A stretch of 59,710 nt of DNA, counting the filler. It is 4 parts of 4 records of this genome, joined end to end, with 100 filler letters (N's around TTAATTAATTAA, not from the genome) between each part and the next. Parts side by side here need not be neighbours in the genome. Positions count along the whole stretch, not along the records: positions 29,882 to 43,010 come from DRR378314_1774; positions 43,111 to 51,144 come from DRR378314_1775; positions 51,245 to 59,710 come from DRR378314_1778; 1 more part is not named here. One strand, written 5' to 3'. Positions 41,822 through 54,400 of the stretch are shown one piece after another (the first letter of the stretch is position 1; every line of letters starts with the position of its first letter). Under the pieces are notes generated by a model. It saw nothing but the letters and a program-made list of their open reading frames with translations, did not search any database and was not told where the DNA came from. The position numbers and the translations under genes are program-made.

Positions 41822-42706
41822 ATGAAAGCATATATTTTTCCAGGACAAGGAGCGCAATTTGTAGGAATGGGATTAGATCTTTATGAAAAGTATTCCTTGG
41901 CGCAAAAAATGTTTGAAACTGCCAATGAAATTTTAGGATTTTCCATTACCGACCTCATGTTTGAAGGTGCCGCTGAGGATTTAAAGGAGACCAAGGTTAC
42001 CCAGCCTGCCATTTTTTTGCATTCGGTAATCATGAGTAAGGTTATGGGGTCCAGTTTTAAACCTGATATGGTAGCTGGGCATTCCTTAGGAGAATTTTCT
42101 GCTTTGGTAGCCAATGGGGTACTAAATTTTGAAGATGGCTTGCTTTTGGTGTATAAAAGGGCCCTTGCTATGCAAAAGGCATGTGAAATACAGCCAGGTA
42201 CTATGGCCGCAGTTTTGAACTTGGATGATGCTGTTGTGGAAAAAATATGCGCGGAAATCCCAGGTATTGTTGTGCCAGCCAATTACAACTGCCCGGGACA
42301 ATTGGTCATCTCTGGGGAGGTGGAGGCTATTAATATTGCCTGTGAAAAATTGAAGGAGGCCGGTGCCCGTCGGGCCTTGGTGCTACCAGTGGGAGGGGCA
42401 TTCCACTCTCCTTTGATGGAGCCTGCAAGGGAAGAATTGGCAGCGGCCATTGAAAATACCACATTCAAGACACCTAGTTGTGCCATATACCAAAATGTAC
42501 CTACTACAGCAGTTAAGGATCCAGAAGCTATAAAAGCCAATTTAATTGCCCAATTAACGGCTCCGGTAAAATGGACACAAAGCGTGCAGCAAATGGTGGC
42601 TGATGGAGCAATCTTGTTTACGGAAGTGGGGCCAGGGAAGGTACTTCAGGGCTTGGTGAAAAAAATTCATCCTGCCGCCGAAACCATGTCTGCGGAGCTT
42701 TCTTAA
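41822..42706 (+). CDS. fabD: Malonyl-CoA:ACP transacylase
   Basis: FPGQGAQ, TQPAI, GHSLGE, GAFHS, EVGPGKVL. Confidence 0.98.
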   Translation: MKAYIFPGQGAQFVGMGLDLYEKYSLAQKMFETANEILGFSITDLMFEGAAEDLKETKVTQPAIFLHSVIMSKVMGSSFKPDMVAGHSLGEFSALVANGVLNFEDGLLLVYKRALAMQKACEIQPGTMAAVLNLDDAVVEKICAEIPGIVVPANYNCPGQLVISGEVEAINIACEKLKEAGARRALVLPVGGAFHSPLMEPAREELAAAIENTTFKTPSCAIYQNVPTTAVKDPEAIKANLIAQLTAPVKWTQSVQQMVADGAILFTEVGPGKVLQGLVKKIHPAAETMSAELS

Positions 42707-42861
42707 ATGGCTTTGTAATAGTTTTTTGCCGTTTATCTGATAATTTTATATTTAACCCTTATTCTTAGGCTTATGGGGTATTTTTTCTTAATATTGATTC
42801 CCTATTTTGGGGATATGGCAAGGCCATTCCCTGTTTGAATCTTAGAATGATATAACCGGCT

Positions 42862-43010
42862 ATGAAAATAAATACCCTACATAATCTACTTTCCAATTTT
42901 TTGGTTGCTTCAAGACTGAAGTTTCTCGTGTTAATGAGTGCTTTTATGTTTGTTGGGTTTAGTGTTGAAGCTCAAGAAGATATGGACATGGGTCCCAACG
43001 TAGCGCAGTC
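42862..43010 (+). CDS. Exported protein N-terminus, truncated at contig end
   Basis: Signal-peptide-like sequence ending VEA-Q, open to the linker. Confidence 0.5.
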
Positions 43011-43110
43011 NNNNNNNNNNNNNNNNNNNNNNNNNNNNNNNNNNNNNNNNNNNNTTAATTAATTAANNNNNNNNNNNNNNNNNNNNNNNNNNNNNNNNNN
43101 NNNNNNNNNN
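43011..43110. other. Artificial contig linker
   Basis: N44-TTAATTAATTAA-N44. Confidence 0.99.
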
Positions 43111-43479
43111 AAAAAAAAAAAAAAACAAAAAAAAAACAACGAAGACCAAGGCTGAAAAAATAACGGAAAGTGGTCTTTTTCGGGCGAATGTGACGAGAGC
43201 TCACGGCCAAGGGCGCACACTGCCCAACGCGCAAAATAATGTTACTTATCAGAGACATAGCAGTCAGTTGATTTCTCTTTTCTCTTCTGAAGTTGCAATT
43301 CTTCGCTTTCGATGAAGGGGAAGTAGGAAAGGAGCGACGTGCGGAAGAAAAGTTCGAGAAACCAAGTTCCAACTCTGCACCAGATACCGAGAAAGAGAGC
43401 AAAGCCCCGACCATTCCTCACGAAGGAGGCAAGCCACAGCGTCGGCTCTCGCATCGGGCAGTACGCGGTAGATACGTAC

Positions 43480-46400
43480 TTGAAATCGGTTCCGTTCAGC
43501 TCCGCGTTGCTGGATGGCGGCGCGGAGATCGACGGAGCTTCCGCGGTCTGGACAGCATCGTCTTCTGGTGGGGCGCAAACGAATGCAATCACCGAGAATC
43601 AGGACGGGAACAGCAGCGGCAGCACATGATATGCGCTAACTGCAGAGGTCACTCTTTGATAGTGTGCTTGCTGCACCTGCACAGAAGCTGGAGAAAACAG
43701 AGGAAGATCAGGCTCTGGACGACGCTGCACGAAGAGCGACCGAGAGAGCGAAACGCGTTTTGGGCTACTTTCCTCCCACAGGAAGAAACGACGGGAGAAA
43801 GTGCCGAGAACCAACATTGAGCACTGTCGCGCTGAGCAACTAGTACTGCATCAACTACCGCGAACATGTATAGAATTCAGGGCAAAAGGGGTTCCAGGGA
43901 AGTAGAGGGCGAAAGGTTGAGAGGGCGACACACGCACCGTCGTCGTCGTTCGCGCGTGTGTACGTGCTCTTTCGCATCGCTGCGCCTTGTGCGACTTTGG
44001 CCTCGTTTTCTGCCTGTCGCAGCTGCTGCTTGAGCGACTTTAGCTCGCGCTCACGCTCGTCGAGCTCCTCACGCAGCTGCAGCGAGACAGAAGCGCATCG
44101 GAGTCCCATCCCGCATCAGCAGCGTACAGAGAAGCGAATCAGCGACATCAGCGACGTAAGTTGAGTACGAAGATCCGGAAGCCAACGGTGTCGGCGCATT
44201 AGAGGATGAGTACCACGCCGAAATTGTAGAGTGTCGCTGCTGGCGTGGTGGGAAACGCGACAAAATGCTTTCCGGCGAATCGAAAAACAATCGCGACTCG
44301 ACGGCGAGATACCGCTTCGGTTGTCACACATCGCGCGACACTTGCTCCAACACGCTGCAGCTACACCAAGACCAAATTCAATCGTGAATACGAATACGAG
44401 AGCTTCCAACAACAGCTGCATAAGAAGCATTGGATTTCTGCGGTTGTGCACAGCTGCGAATGCACAACGAGCTGCTCACGGCGCTTTCGTATCAAATGCG
44501 GTGAAGACGTCGTACACGAGACCCGCGCGCATCAAGTATCGCGAAAGAACTATACTGCATAAGAGCACAGTGTGCTGGAAACCGCGGGAAAGCGCAGCTT
44601 CTAGCGACTAAACAATGCGGTCAGAGAAAGACGAGCCGCAGGCACACGAGAAGACACGCGGTATCGTTTAAGCGGCACAGCAGCTCCTTCGCGCTATTCG
44701 TTCTTCCGGTCCATTTCTTCGGCAGAACGCTGTTCCAGCTACTTCTCGACCTCGACGCGCTTCGCGCGGACGCACCAAGTGCATTTGCGCGTCCTTTTCT
44801 TTCAGCTCCTCGCGCGCGGTGCGCACAATCTCGTTCAGGAGCTCAATCTGCTTGTTCTTTCCCGCGACATCGTCGTCGAGGATATCGACGCGGCCTTGGA
44901 GCTCAGCGAGCTTCACATCGCGAGTCTGCACCGAGGAGCAGCGAGAAGCGGAAGGACGATACACAGAATTGACGGATGGGTAGAGAAAACAAGTGTCAGA
45001 GAGAAGAATCAGAATAAAAGATAGCCCCCAACGCTCATCGATACAGACACTGATGCTGTAAGAGAACGAGTACCGGAAGTGGACGCGGAAGCAGAAGTAG
45101 AGGCAGAAGCAGGACTAGTTGCATTCCGTACGATTCTCGGGAACAATACTCCGTCCACGCCACGATTCCGTGCTTTCTCCGACTCTGTGGTCGTCAATCA
45201 CTCCTCAGAGCGGAAAAATTCATTCTTGGGCAACGTAAATGGAACACGGGTGAAAATCCTGGCAAACGTACTCGCAGCTGCCGTTCCGCATCTGTGGCAG
45301 CAGTTGTCTGCTTTTGGAGCAGCTCATTCGCTTCTTTCAGCTTTCGCTCGAGCTCGTCCAGAACTTCACGCTGTTTCCTGTTGAATACCGCCGCTACAAG
45401 GCGCATTTCAAGGAGAGGAGTACGAACCGTTCATCGCGTGGGCGTTACACGAGTTCTTGCGCATATTCACTGGCGCGACGTATATCGGACACGGAAAGTG
45501 AGATTACGCAACGAATTCCGCTTCATTGACGAAAAAAAGAGTCTCCAGTAAGCCACAAACACAGAGGCAAACAACTGTTATCCAAGCTCACAAGAGAAGG
45601 CGATGAACGCATTAAATACAAGATTGTGGATCACACGACACTGTTCGGGCGCATACGAGGCGGATTGCGCGGAACAAGCGGGTGGAAACGGCATTTTTTT
45701 CAACTGGAGCGTAGTTGAAGGAATAACATGTTGCGCAGCGACATGAGTTCTGCGCTTCACCTGCACGTAGAATTCGGTGCGTATTAAACATGGTATTCGA
45801 CGCGCCTCGACGCACAAATACCATATTTCCTACTTGCTTCTCGGTGGATCAACGTGCAGCAACGCCCATTGGTAGTTGCGCGCGACCAATAATCTCGTGT
45901 TTGTGAGCAGGGCGAGAACCACAGCAATGGCAACTGGCACGTGAAAGAAATGGAGAAGCAGTTTGCGAGTTGCAGCACGACTAACCATCTTCTTCGGTCT
46001 CATTCGGATTTTCAAAAGCTTCCTTCAAAATATCGATGAGGTTGTTCTTCGAGAGGAGTTCCGCTTCGAGATCGCGAATCGTACTTTTGTATCCCTCGAG
46101 CTACGTGGTAGAGAGACGCAAGAGGTCCGGGCGCGCCGCGCGAGGAGCGAGCCAGCGATCGCCAGAAAGGTATCAACAAGAAATGACGTAGTGTTGTCGC
46201 AATGAGCGATTCCTCGTACACATTGTGGCACACGCACCCATACGTTATAGGGAAACAGCACGCAGTAAAGCACACGGCAGCGCATGTCCGGCGAACAAAC
46301 GGCGGCACAGTTCTGGCGAGTCGTCACTATGAAGAAAAAGCGTAGGCGGAACGCGAAGGGAAACGCTCGCGCACCAGCACGGGAAACTTCGTTCCGGCAA

Positions 46401-46859
46401 GCGTGTTTCACAGCCCGGTATCTTGGCAGCGTGTTGACGGACACCACAATTATGTGCGTTGTTCGTCTGGCGGGCTGATGACGCGGAGGAGAAAACTATC
46501 CTGGCAATGGAGAATTAAAAAGTACCTCTGCATTCTTCTTCGCAATCGTCTCCTTGGTCAGCTTTTCCATGTCGCGAATAGCATTTTGGATCTACGAGGA
46601 GCAAAAATGTACAGAGGGAATACAGCAACATTACAAGAAATATTTGTTGTTTCCGATAGGACATGCGAAAAAGAAGAAGCCGCACATACCAGGTGCATAA
46701 TACGCAAATATCTGGTCCGCGAGAAACGCAACCCACCGATACCAGTGCAGAAGCGGCACAAGCACAGCGCGCATGAGAGCAGCTTGTTGGCGGTTCCGCG
46801 GTGGACATCAAGCGCACCTGTTCGATCTTCTGCGTATCTGAAATACTGCGGACAGTGCC
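43480..46859 (-). CDS. Spliced eukaryotic coiled-coil protein (at least 7 exons; ends not resolved)
   Basis: GT-AG exons 46859-46818, 46591-46526, 46100-45986, 45393-45272, 44925-44776, 44076-43938 and 43564-43480 join in matching phases (0,0,1,0,0,1): GTVRSISDTQKIEQ|IQNAIRDMEKLTKETIAKKNAE|LEGYKSTIRDLEAELL...EED|AAVFNRKQREVLDELERKL...QLR|TRDVKLAELQ...QMHL|LREELDERERELK...NDDD|EDDAVQ...GTDF. Confidence 0.82.
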
Positions 46860-49523
46860 CTGTGGCATTGTGAATATGTGGTGCTAAAAATGTGGGCGAT
46901 AAAACAGGTGAATAAATCACTGGTTTTTGGAAATGTTGTCGAGACTCGAAGCCCGAGTTCAGACCAGCTTCTCCACGCTCAGACGAGAAACAGGGAAACT
47001 GACGAAACAGCTGTTCTCCTCGACTCTGCATAATCACAGGCGTTAAATTCAATAGGCAACATCGTATCACGTCAATTATGCCATAGATTAGACCTTTCAT
47101 AATGTTTCAGTGCATTGAGGGAAAGAGATATAAAGAAAAATAAAGAGGGACGGTTGTGCGGAACAGTTTGCGACAGCTCGCGACGACGCACAGAAGTCGC
47201 TCTGCGCCGCACCAGCACAGCCGAGCGAGCAAGGCGCGAGAAGGAGCTCTCAAGCACAGGTTTGCCGCTCTATGAAGATTTATGCCCACAAGACACAGCT
47301 CTACATGCGTGCAGAATCGAAGGAAATTGTCATCTGATATATGCACCCAAAATGGAAAGGAGATCGAGCTTTGGGTTAAGCAGAAAGGTCGATACTAGCG
47401 GCGGTTCGGTACGCAGCTTGGGGAACAGGTCGTCGCGCTGCGGCGCCGCGCTCGGCGCGGAGGAACAAGCGCTGCGAGCGCGACGCGGCCGAGACTCCGG
47501 CGTGCCAGCGTGCAAACGCAAAACTTGCTACTGGCGCACCGCCATTCCTCCCTTCTTGCTTTTCATACTGGGAGTTCTAGTGTTGCAGAGTTGCAGCTTG
47601 TTACATCTGTGTGGGGAGAGATGGCGGGGTTCTCGTGTACACGGCCGCGTTTCGTGCGCTAGCTGCGACGGCTGTGGTCCTGACCCGGACGCCGCCGCGC
47701 AGCGCGCTCCACTCGTGCAAGACGGCGTCGCCGCAACAGCCTGACCGCGCGGAAGTGACAGCAGCCGCAGACCGCGATCTGCGCTGTTGCGTAGTTCATC
47801 TACAGCGCGAGCGTGATAGGGAAAAATCACGGTCACGGACGCTATGCATCAATGCGGGAAGCAAGTGCAGCAGTCTGCAGGTGCGCCAGCACCCGCACGC
47901 CGTACCTGTGCCTTCGTCGTCACGGGCCGTTTTTCTCTGTGCTTGCAGGCACGGCAACGCGCGGCCGGGAATGCTGCAGCGGCGCGTTCATGGATTCGCG
48001 AGTAAATTGACTGGGGTGACAATGGATTGTAAGGAATATATGCACATGTGGAAATAATGTAGAATGATATATGAACAGCGGATAGCTAGTGGTTTACAAA
48101 GTAGGGTTTACATATGTGTTCAGATTAACCGTTGCGGCGTGCAGGATAAAGGGAGTAATATTGGGTGATAAAGGTGGTATTTATGAAAGTGACATACGAG
48201 TTCTGTGGGGGATCGTGACGTGGTTGCTTCAGCGGACGCGCCCTCGCTGGAAGTGATGCTGCTTCGGCGGTTCGGATAGGGTCCTGGGAAGCGCGGAGAA
48301 ACCAGCACTGGCTTCACAGCAAGGGTGTCCACCCACTGCACGATTCTGATCCCTTTTCATTCGGCCGCACTCCTGGTGCGCTCGTTGCCTCTTATTCTTG
48401 TACTGGATACGTGTGGAGCTTCGACGAATATCGCGGCTGGTCAGGGATCGCGGCGCGACTTAAGGAAGTGGCCCGTGGAAACGTCAGGCTCTCTTACGTG
48501 CGGCTTTGTGGTGCGTTTTCTTTGGGGGCTGTGTAAAGGATAAAAATATCTCTTTATCTCTGTAGTTGTAATCTATAGAAAAAGCGCTGGGACGATGAGC
48601 GCGCTGCGGTTTGGTGCGCCGTGGGCGCAGTCGTAGGCGCTTCGTGGCGCACAGCGGTCGAAGGAGGCGCACTTGGCGACTATCTGCAAGCTTCCGCACA
48701 CACCGCCGCACTGCTCGCACGCGCGGCACGTGCGGATGGCCCCTGCAGTATGTGCCCAGCGTCGCGTTACTTCCGAGTGCGGCGCACGCTGCAAATGTAA
48801 ATACTCGATGCAAATATACGCGCGCTGCTTGGATGGTAGCCTCATAGTGTTTTTGATGGACTCAGGGCGTGGGGTTTCGCTGCCTTCGCGCTGCTATGAC
48901 AGGTCTTCCCTGTTTATCTTGGCGGGCGCGCTCGCTGCAGCGCATGCCGCGACTGAGAGCCTGTATTCGCAGTCGCACGTTCCCAAGCTTCAGCACGCTG
49001 CACGCTGTTCGCCGCATAGCGCGGGGCGTGTAAATTGATGCATTGATCCTGCTATATTGTTTGTTATGCGTTTTGAGGGGGTTGAAACTACATTTGCGTT
49101 CTGAATTGAAAGGCGAGCGCAGCCGTTCGCGTTCTGCCTCAGGCAGCACGTGTGTCAGTTAGGAACACTGGGCGTGTGTGAGCAAACGCCGTGAAATTGA
49201 GTTTCTTCGCCGGTCGCAGATGGAAGCGCTGAGTCAGTCAGTGTGGCGGCAGTCAAATCCGCGCGCGCTTTCCGGTTCAGCTGTACGAGCGCTTCTTCGG
49301 TTGTGGACAATCTCCCCGCCTCCGTTGCTCTGCCCGTCGCGCACCCTGCCGCCGGCTGCGAGCGTGTTTCTCCAAGAACTCGCCCCAGGCTCCTGCCGCA
49401 TGTGCATGAACAGAAATAGTTGATAGAGACGTGTATCTGTGTCTGTGCGACTTGCTGCGGTTCAGGGGATTTGTGGCGGAACGTGCTACCGTGGAGTGAC
49501 CTTGCCTTGCGGGACGACACAGA

Positions 49524-50881
49524 ATGGAGCTCCCGCGCAACTCTTCCGCAGGCTCGGCCTCGCGTAATAGCCGCGCGCCGCTCGCGCGGGACAGCGACCC
49601 GTTCGCTGGCGACATCGAGCTCGGGCCGCCGTCGCCGCACGCGAGCTTCTCCAGCAGTGTATCCGACCACACGGCGCCCGATACAGAGGTATGCGAAACT
49701 ACGCTGGCACCGACGGAATGCTGGAGACGATCGAAATCGATGGCGCACTTGTCCTATCCACTTTTTTGTGTTTGCTTTTGTTCCTGCGCGCTTTCCGCTG
49801 TGACATTGCCAAGGCTTGCTGCGATGCGCTCTGCGCCCGTACACGAAGTGTTCCTTCGCCTTCCAGCGCGACCAACTCGATCGTTGTCTCCGCGCGCTCT
49901 CAACAGTTGCTAGCGCCGTGCTCACGGAACGATTTTGCGCCCCTTCTCCCCCTCTGGTTGCAAAACTGCAGGCTCCTTCTCGTTTCTCGAAAAGTAGCTC
50001 AGGCTCTAGCACGAAGCGCGATGGCGGTGGAGCCGATAGCGCCGGCGAGTCTGAGAGCAGCGTGTTCGACCTGTACCCGGACGTCCGCGGGTGGAGGCGC
50101 TACGTGCTCAAGAGGTCCGCTGCCCTGTCTTCTGCCGTATCTGCTGCATGCACTGCCTTTGTGCGGATCTCCAGATACGAGTCATTACATCAAAGAAGCA
50201 CCATGGTTTCGTTTGGTAGCATTGACCGCTGCCATGCTGGGTTGCTGCGTTTTTGCCTTTGCGCACGTGAAGGGAATGGCGGGCGGGCGGGTGGACGCGT
50301 CGCGCTGCACTTTCGTATCGCGTGAGGGGCGGCTTTGTGCTTCAGTCGGGACCTTTTTTTTGTTGGTGTGCCGCTGCCAAATGCGTTGCTTGTCAATACG
50401 GTTGCGTACTGCGTCGATGCAAGAGATGTAAGAGGACCCTGTATTGCACGCGCTTCTTTGATATCTTTTGCTCCATAGTCGTGGCGGAGTGCCTATGGGG
50501 GGGATTTGATTTCGTGTGCAACGCGCGAAATCTGCGCGCCGAGTGTGGCAGCTTGCGTACAGGGCGCGTCCTCATGTGGCGCTGTGCGCCAACTCCCTAC
50601 GGCGACTTACATCTCTCCCTTTCACCAACAGAGCGAGAAAGCGCTAACGATGGTGCTCCGCTTTCTCCCTTCCCGCGCACGCTTCGCAGAATGGACGGGC
50701 CGATATACCTTATCGCGGTAATCATACTCACGATGTGGGTCCTTTTCGCCAACGACCTGCGTATCTTGACCATGCCCGAAGATGCCAAGGATCCGGTGGG
50801 GTGGCTCTACTTTGCAATATTTTTGTTCTACGTCTTCGAGCTCGTCCTGAATTGCATCTGCCGACCGAAGTATTTATGGAG
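49524..50881 (+). CDS. Spliced eukaryotic gene, 5' part: ion-transport-domain protein resembling protist channel-type adenylyl cyclases
   Basis: Exons 49524-49688, 49972-50114 and 50690-50881, with donors GTATGC/GTCCGC/GTACGG, CAG acceptors and a GCTAAC branch point (50643). Product ...WRRYVLKRMDGPIYLIAVIILTMWVLFANDLRIL...FYVFELVLNCICRPKYLW, i.e. two TM helices. Confidence 0.7.
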
Positions 50882-51115
50882 GTACGGCCATGATAGCCAA
50901 GACCGGTGCACGCAGAGCCTGAAGGGCGCTTTGTGATTTTTTCGCGCCCACGCTTCGCATAAGGCCCGCTCCCTGCCGGTCTAAGAGGGCGACTTGCCGA
51001 ATATTTTCACGTAAATGCACTCACATTGCTGTAGATTGCATGTATCTGTATGCACAGTACGCTTGCAAGGCATGGGAGAGATAGTATGCGGCTTCCCTTT
51101 AGCAGCTGCGAAAGC

Positions 51116-51144
51116 TTTTTTGTTTGTTTGTTTGTTTGTTTGTT
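51116..51144 (+). repeat. (TTTG)n microsatellite at the contig break
   Basis: TTTTTTGTTTGTTTGTTTGTTTGTTTGTT. The other end of this contig is an A-rich run (43111-43137). Confidence 0.9.
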
Positions 51145-51244
51145 NNNNNNNNNNNNNNNNNNNNNNNNNNNNNNNNNNNNNNNNNNNNTTAATTAATTAA
51201 NNNNNNNNNNNNNNNNNNNNNNNNNNNNNNNNNNNNNNNNNNNN
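51145..51244. other. Artificial contig linker
   Basis: N44-TTAATTAATTAA-N44. Confidence 0.99.
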
Positions 51245-51427
51245 ACCGACTTGGAGATAGTTGGGTCTCAGTCGGCAGGGAAAATTTCATTTACCCAACT
51301 TCCCAATTTGAGAAACGGTCGCAAGTGAGCCACATATCGTGAAATCAAAGTTCGACCTTGGCTGCGGGCACCTCTTATGTCTGAGAGGGGCGCAAAAGCA
51401 GACGAAGCAAATAGTACGTGACCGGGC

Positions 51428-51458
51428 TCCGCCTCCATTCCTTTCCAGTGGAGGCGGA
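51428..51458 (-). terminator. GC-rich hairpin after the RND pump gene
   Basis: TCCGCCTCCA-N11-TGGAGGCGGA, 15 bp past the stop. No clear U-tract. Confidence 0.5.
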
Positions 51459-51472
51459 ACGTTTCTCGGCCC

Positions 51473-54400
51473 CTAGAGTGCGTGAACGTGTTTGGCTTCG
51501 ATGAGGGAGGCGTGCGCCTCGGGCTTCGGGGCGAACCAGCGGTGGAGGGCGGGCAATACCAGCAGCGTAAGCACAGTTGATGAGACCAGCCCGCCCATGA
51601 CCACGGCCGCCAGCGGACGCTGTACCTCCGCCCCGACACCGCTCGCAAAGAGCAGGGGCGCAAGGCCGAGCGCCGTCGTCAGCGCAGTCATCAGCACGGG
51701 ACGCGCCCGCAAGCCGGCCGCTTCCACGGCAAGCTCGTCACGGCAGCGGCCCTGTCGGGCGAAATCATCCATGAAGCTGACCAGCACCATGCCATTGCCG
51801 AGCGCGATACCGAACAGGGCGATGAAGCCGACGGTCGCCGGCACCGAGATTGGCAGGCCAGCGATCCATAGCGCCATTGCTCCGCCGGTCAGCGCCAGCG
51901 GAATGTTGAGCAGGATCAGAATCGCGGACTTCATCCGTCCGAAGGTCAGAAGCAGGATCAGGAAGACAATGCCGAGCGTGATCGGGATCACGGTGGCAAA
52001 GCGCTGATTGGCTTCCTGCTGCAGCTCGAACTGACCGCCCCATTCGACACGGTAACCGACCGGCAGGTCGAGCTGGCCGGCAACCGCCGCCTGCGCATCG
52101 GCGACATAGCTGCCGATGTCGCGGCCCCGCACATTGAGCTGGACGGTGATGAACCGCTCGCCATTCTCGCGCGTGATCTGGCGGGGGCCGACGATCTCCC
52201 TGATGCCCGCAACGCTTTCAAGCGGAACCCGTGCGCCGCTCGCCGATACCAGAATGATGCGGCCGATGGCTTCCGGCGTGTCACGGTCCTCTTCGGCATA
52301 GCGGACGATGACGGGGAACTGGCGCACGCCTTCGAATACGGTCCCGGCCTCTGCCCCGCCGACACCTGAACGCAAGGCATCGAGCGCCTCCTCCACGCTC
52401 AAACCATAGCGGCCAAGCGCCGGACGGTTGAGCGAGACGACAAGTTGCGGCGCACCGGTAATCTGGTCGGCCTGGACGTCCGTTGCACCGGGCACGTCCT
52501 GCAAGATCGACTGCAAGGCCTGTGAGCCCTCAAGTAGGACCTCCGTATCCGGCCCGAATATCTTGACCGCGAGTTGCGCCTTCGTCCCGGTGAGGAGTTC
52601 ATCGACGGACATGGCGATCGGCTGGCCGACATTCACCCTGATGCCCGGAAAACTGCCAAGGTTGTCGGAGATGGCGGCGCGAAGCTCGTTCGGGCTGATC
52701 CCGCCGCGCCACTCATTGCGCGGCCTGAGCGCCACGAAAGCCTCAATACTGTTGACCGGGTCGGCATGCGCGCCGACTTCCCCTCGGCCGATCCGGCTGA
52801 CAATCGAACTAATCTCGGGGAACGCGTCCAGTAGTCTAGCCTCGATGCGTGTCGATGTTTTCTTTGCTTCAGTCAGCGAGATGGACGGTGCCATGGTCAC
52901 ACGAAGCAGGACATCGCCCTCTTCAAGTGCCGGGGTGAACTCCGAGCCGAGGCGTGTCGCTGACAAGCCTCCGGCCAGAAGCAGGACGCCCGCGAGTCCG
53001 ATTGCCGCAAGACGGCGCCGGATGAAGAAGGCCGCAAGCGGCTTGATGAGCGATGTCAGGCGGCTGTCGCCCTCCTTTTTATCGCTTTTCGGCGGACGCA
53101 TGAGGCCAAGCGCCATGGCCGGTGCGATCAGCGCCGCATAGAGCAGCGAGCCGGTCATGGCGAGCGCGGCGGACGCAGCCAGCGGCCGGAACGTCTTGCC
53201 CTCGGTGCCCTGTAGCGAGAACAGCGGCAGGAAGACGATGATCACGACAGCGACCGCAGCGATCAGCGGCGCAATCACTTCAGCGCTCGCCCGCGCAATC
53301 GTGGTGCGGCTGTCTTCGCCTTCACGCCGCTCGCGGAAGCCGCGATCAACGTTTTCAGCGATGACGATCGCCCCGTCGACCATCATTCCGATGGCGATGG
53401 CCACACCGCCGAGCGTCATCAGATTGGCCCCGATACCGAAGACGCTCATCGCAATGAAGGCAAAGCCGACCGAAAACGGAATGGCCATGACGACGACCAG
53501 GCTTGGCCGCCAGCCGCCCAGGAACAGAAAGACGATAACAGCGACCAGCAGCGCACCCTGCCAGAGCGCGGTGGTCACGGTCGCCGCCGCCTTCTTCACC
53601 AGCGTGCCCTGGTCATAATACGGGACAGCCTTCACCCCGTCCGGAAGCGACCGGTTGATCTCGTCAAAGCGGGCCTGCGCGTTCTCGATGACCTCCGATG
53701 TGTTGGTGCCATAGAGTTTCAGGACGAGGCCTGCGACCGTCTCGCCGTCGCCATTGGCGGTCGCAAGGCCCTGCCGGACCCCGCCGCCGATTGCGACCTC
53801 ACCAAGGTCGCTGACACGCACGGTCCGTCCGTCCACAGTCCTGACCGGCGTCTCGCGCAAATCATCAAGGGTTCGCGCGAGGCCCACCCCGCGCACCGTG
53901 TACTGCTCGGCGCCAATTTCGATGAATTGCGCGCCCGCCGTCTTGTTGGCGGCTTCCAGCGACCCGATGACGTCACTTACGCTGAGATCATAGGACGTCA
54001 GTTGGTCTGGATCGAGCCGGACCTGGTATTGCTTTTCAAAGCCGCCAAGCGACAGGACTTCGGTCACGCCTTCAACGGACTGGAGTGGATATTTGATCAT
54101 CCAGTCTGCGATCTCGCGCAACTCGACAAGCGACCGCTCGCCGGTTTCATCGACGAGACGGTAGTACATGATAATGCCAAGGCCGGTCGAAATCGGTCCC
54201 ATCTTCGGCGTGCCGAAGCCTTCGGGGATGGCCTCGCCCGCCTCGCCAAGACGTTCGCCGACAACCTGGCGCGCGAAATAGACGTCCGTGCCGTCCTCGA
54301 AATAGATATTGATGACGGACAGGCCGAAATTGGACGTCGAGCGGATCTCCTCAACCTTGGGCAGGCCGGACATGGCCGTTTCGATCGGATAGGTGACATA

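Noticed and set aside
43200..43480. GRIP-like ending (TDFKY...NIILR) for the coiled-coil gene
   Set aside because: No splice combination gives the motif cleanly. The terminal exon is unresolved.
44670..44750. Minus-strand frame EVEK*LEQRSAEEMDRKNE*RE suggesting TAG=Gln in the eukaryote
   Set aside because: Lies inside the intron between exons 44925-44776 and 44076-43938, which join in phase. Reconstructed exons use CAA/CAG and contain no TAG.
43111..51144. Many 60-285 aa ORFs in the track (e.g. 49155-50012, 47115-47744, 49691-50431)
   Set aside because: Arg/Cys/Ser-rich, overlapping in all frames and motif-free. They are intronic, intergenic or antisense to the real exons.
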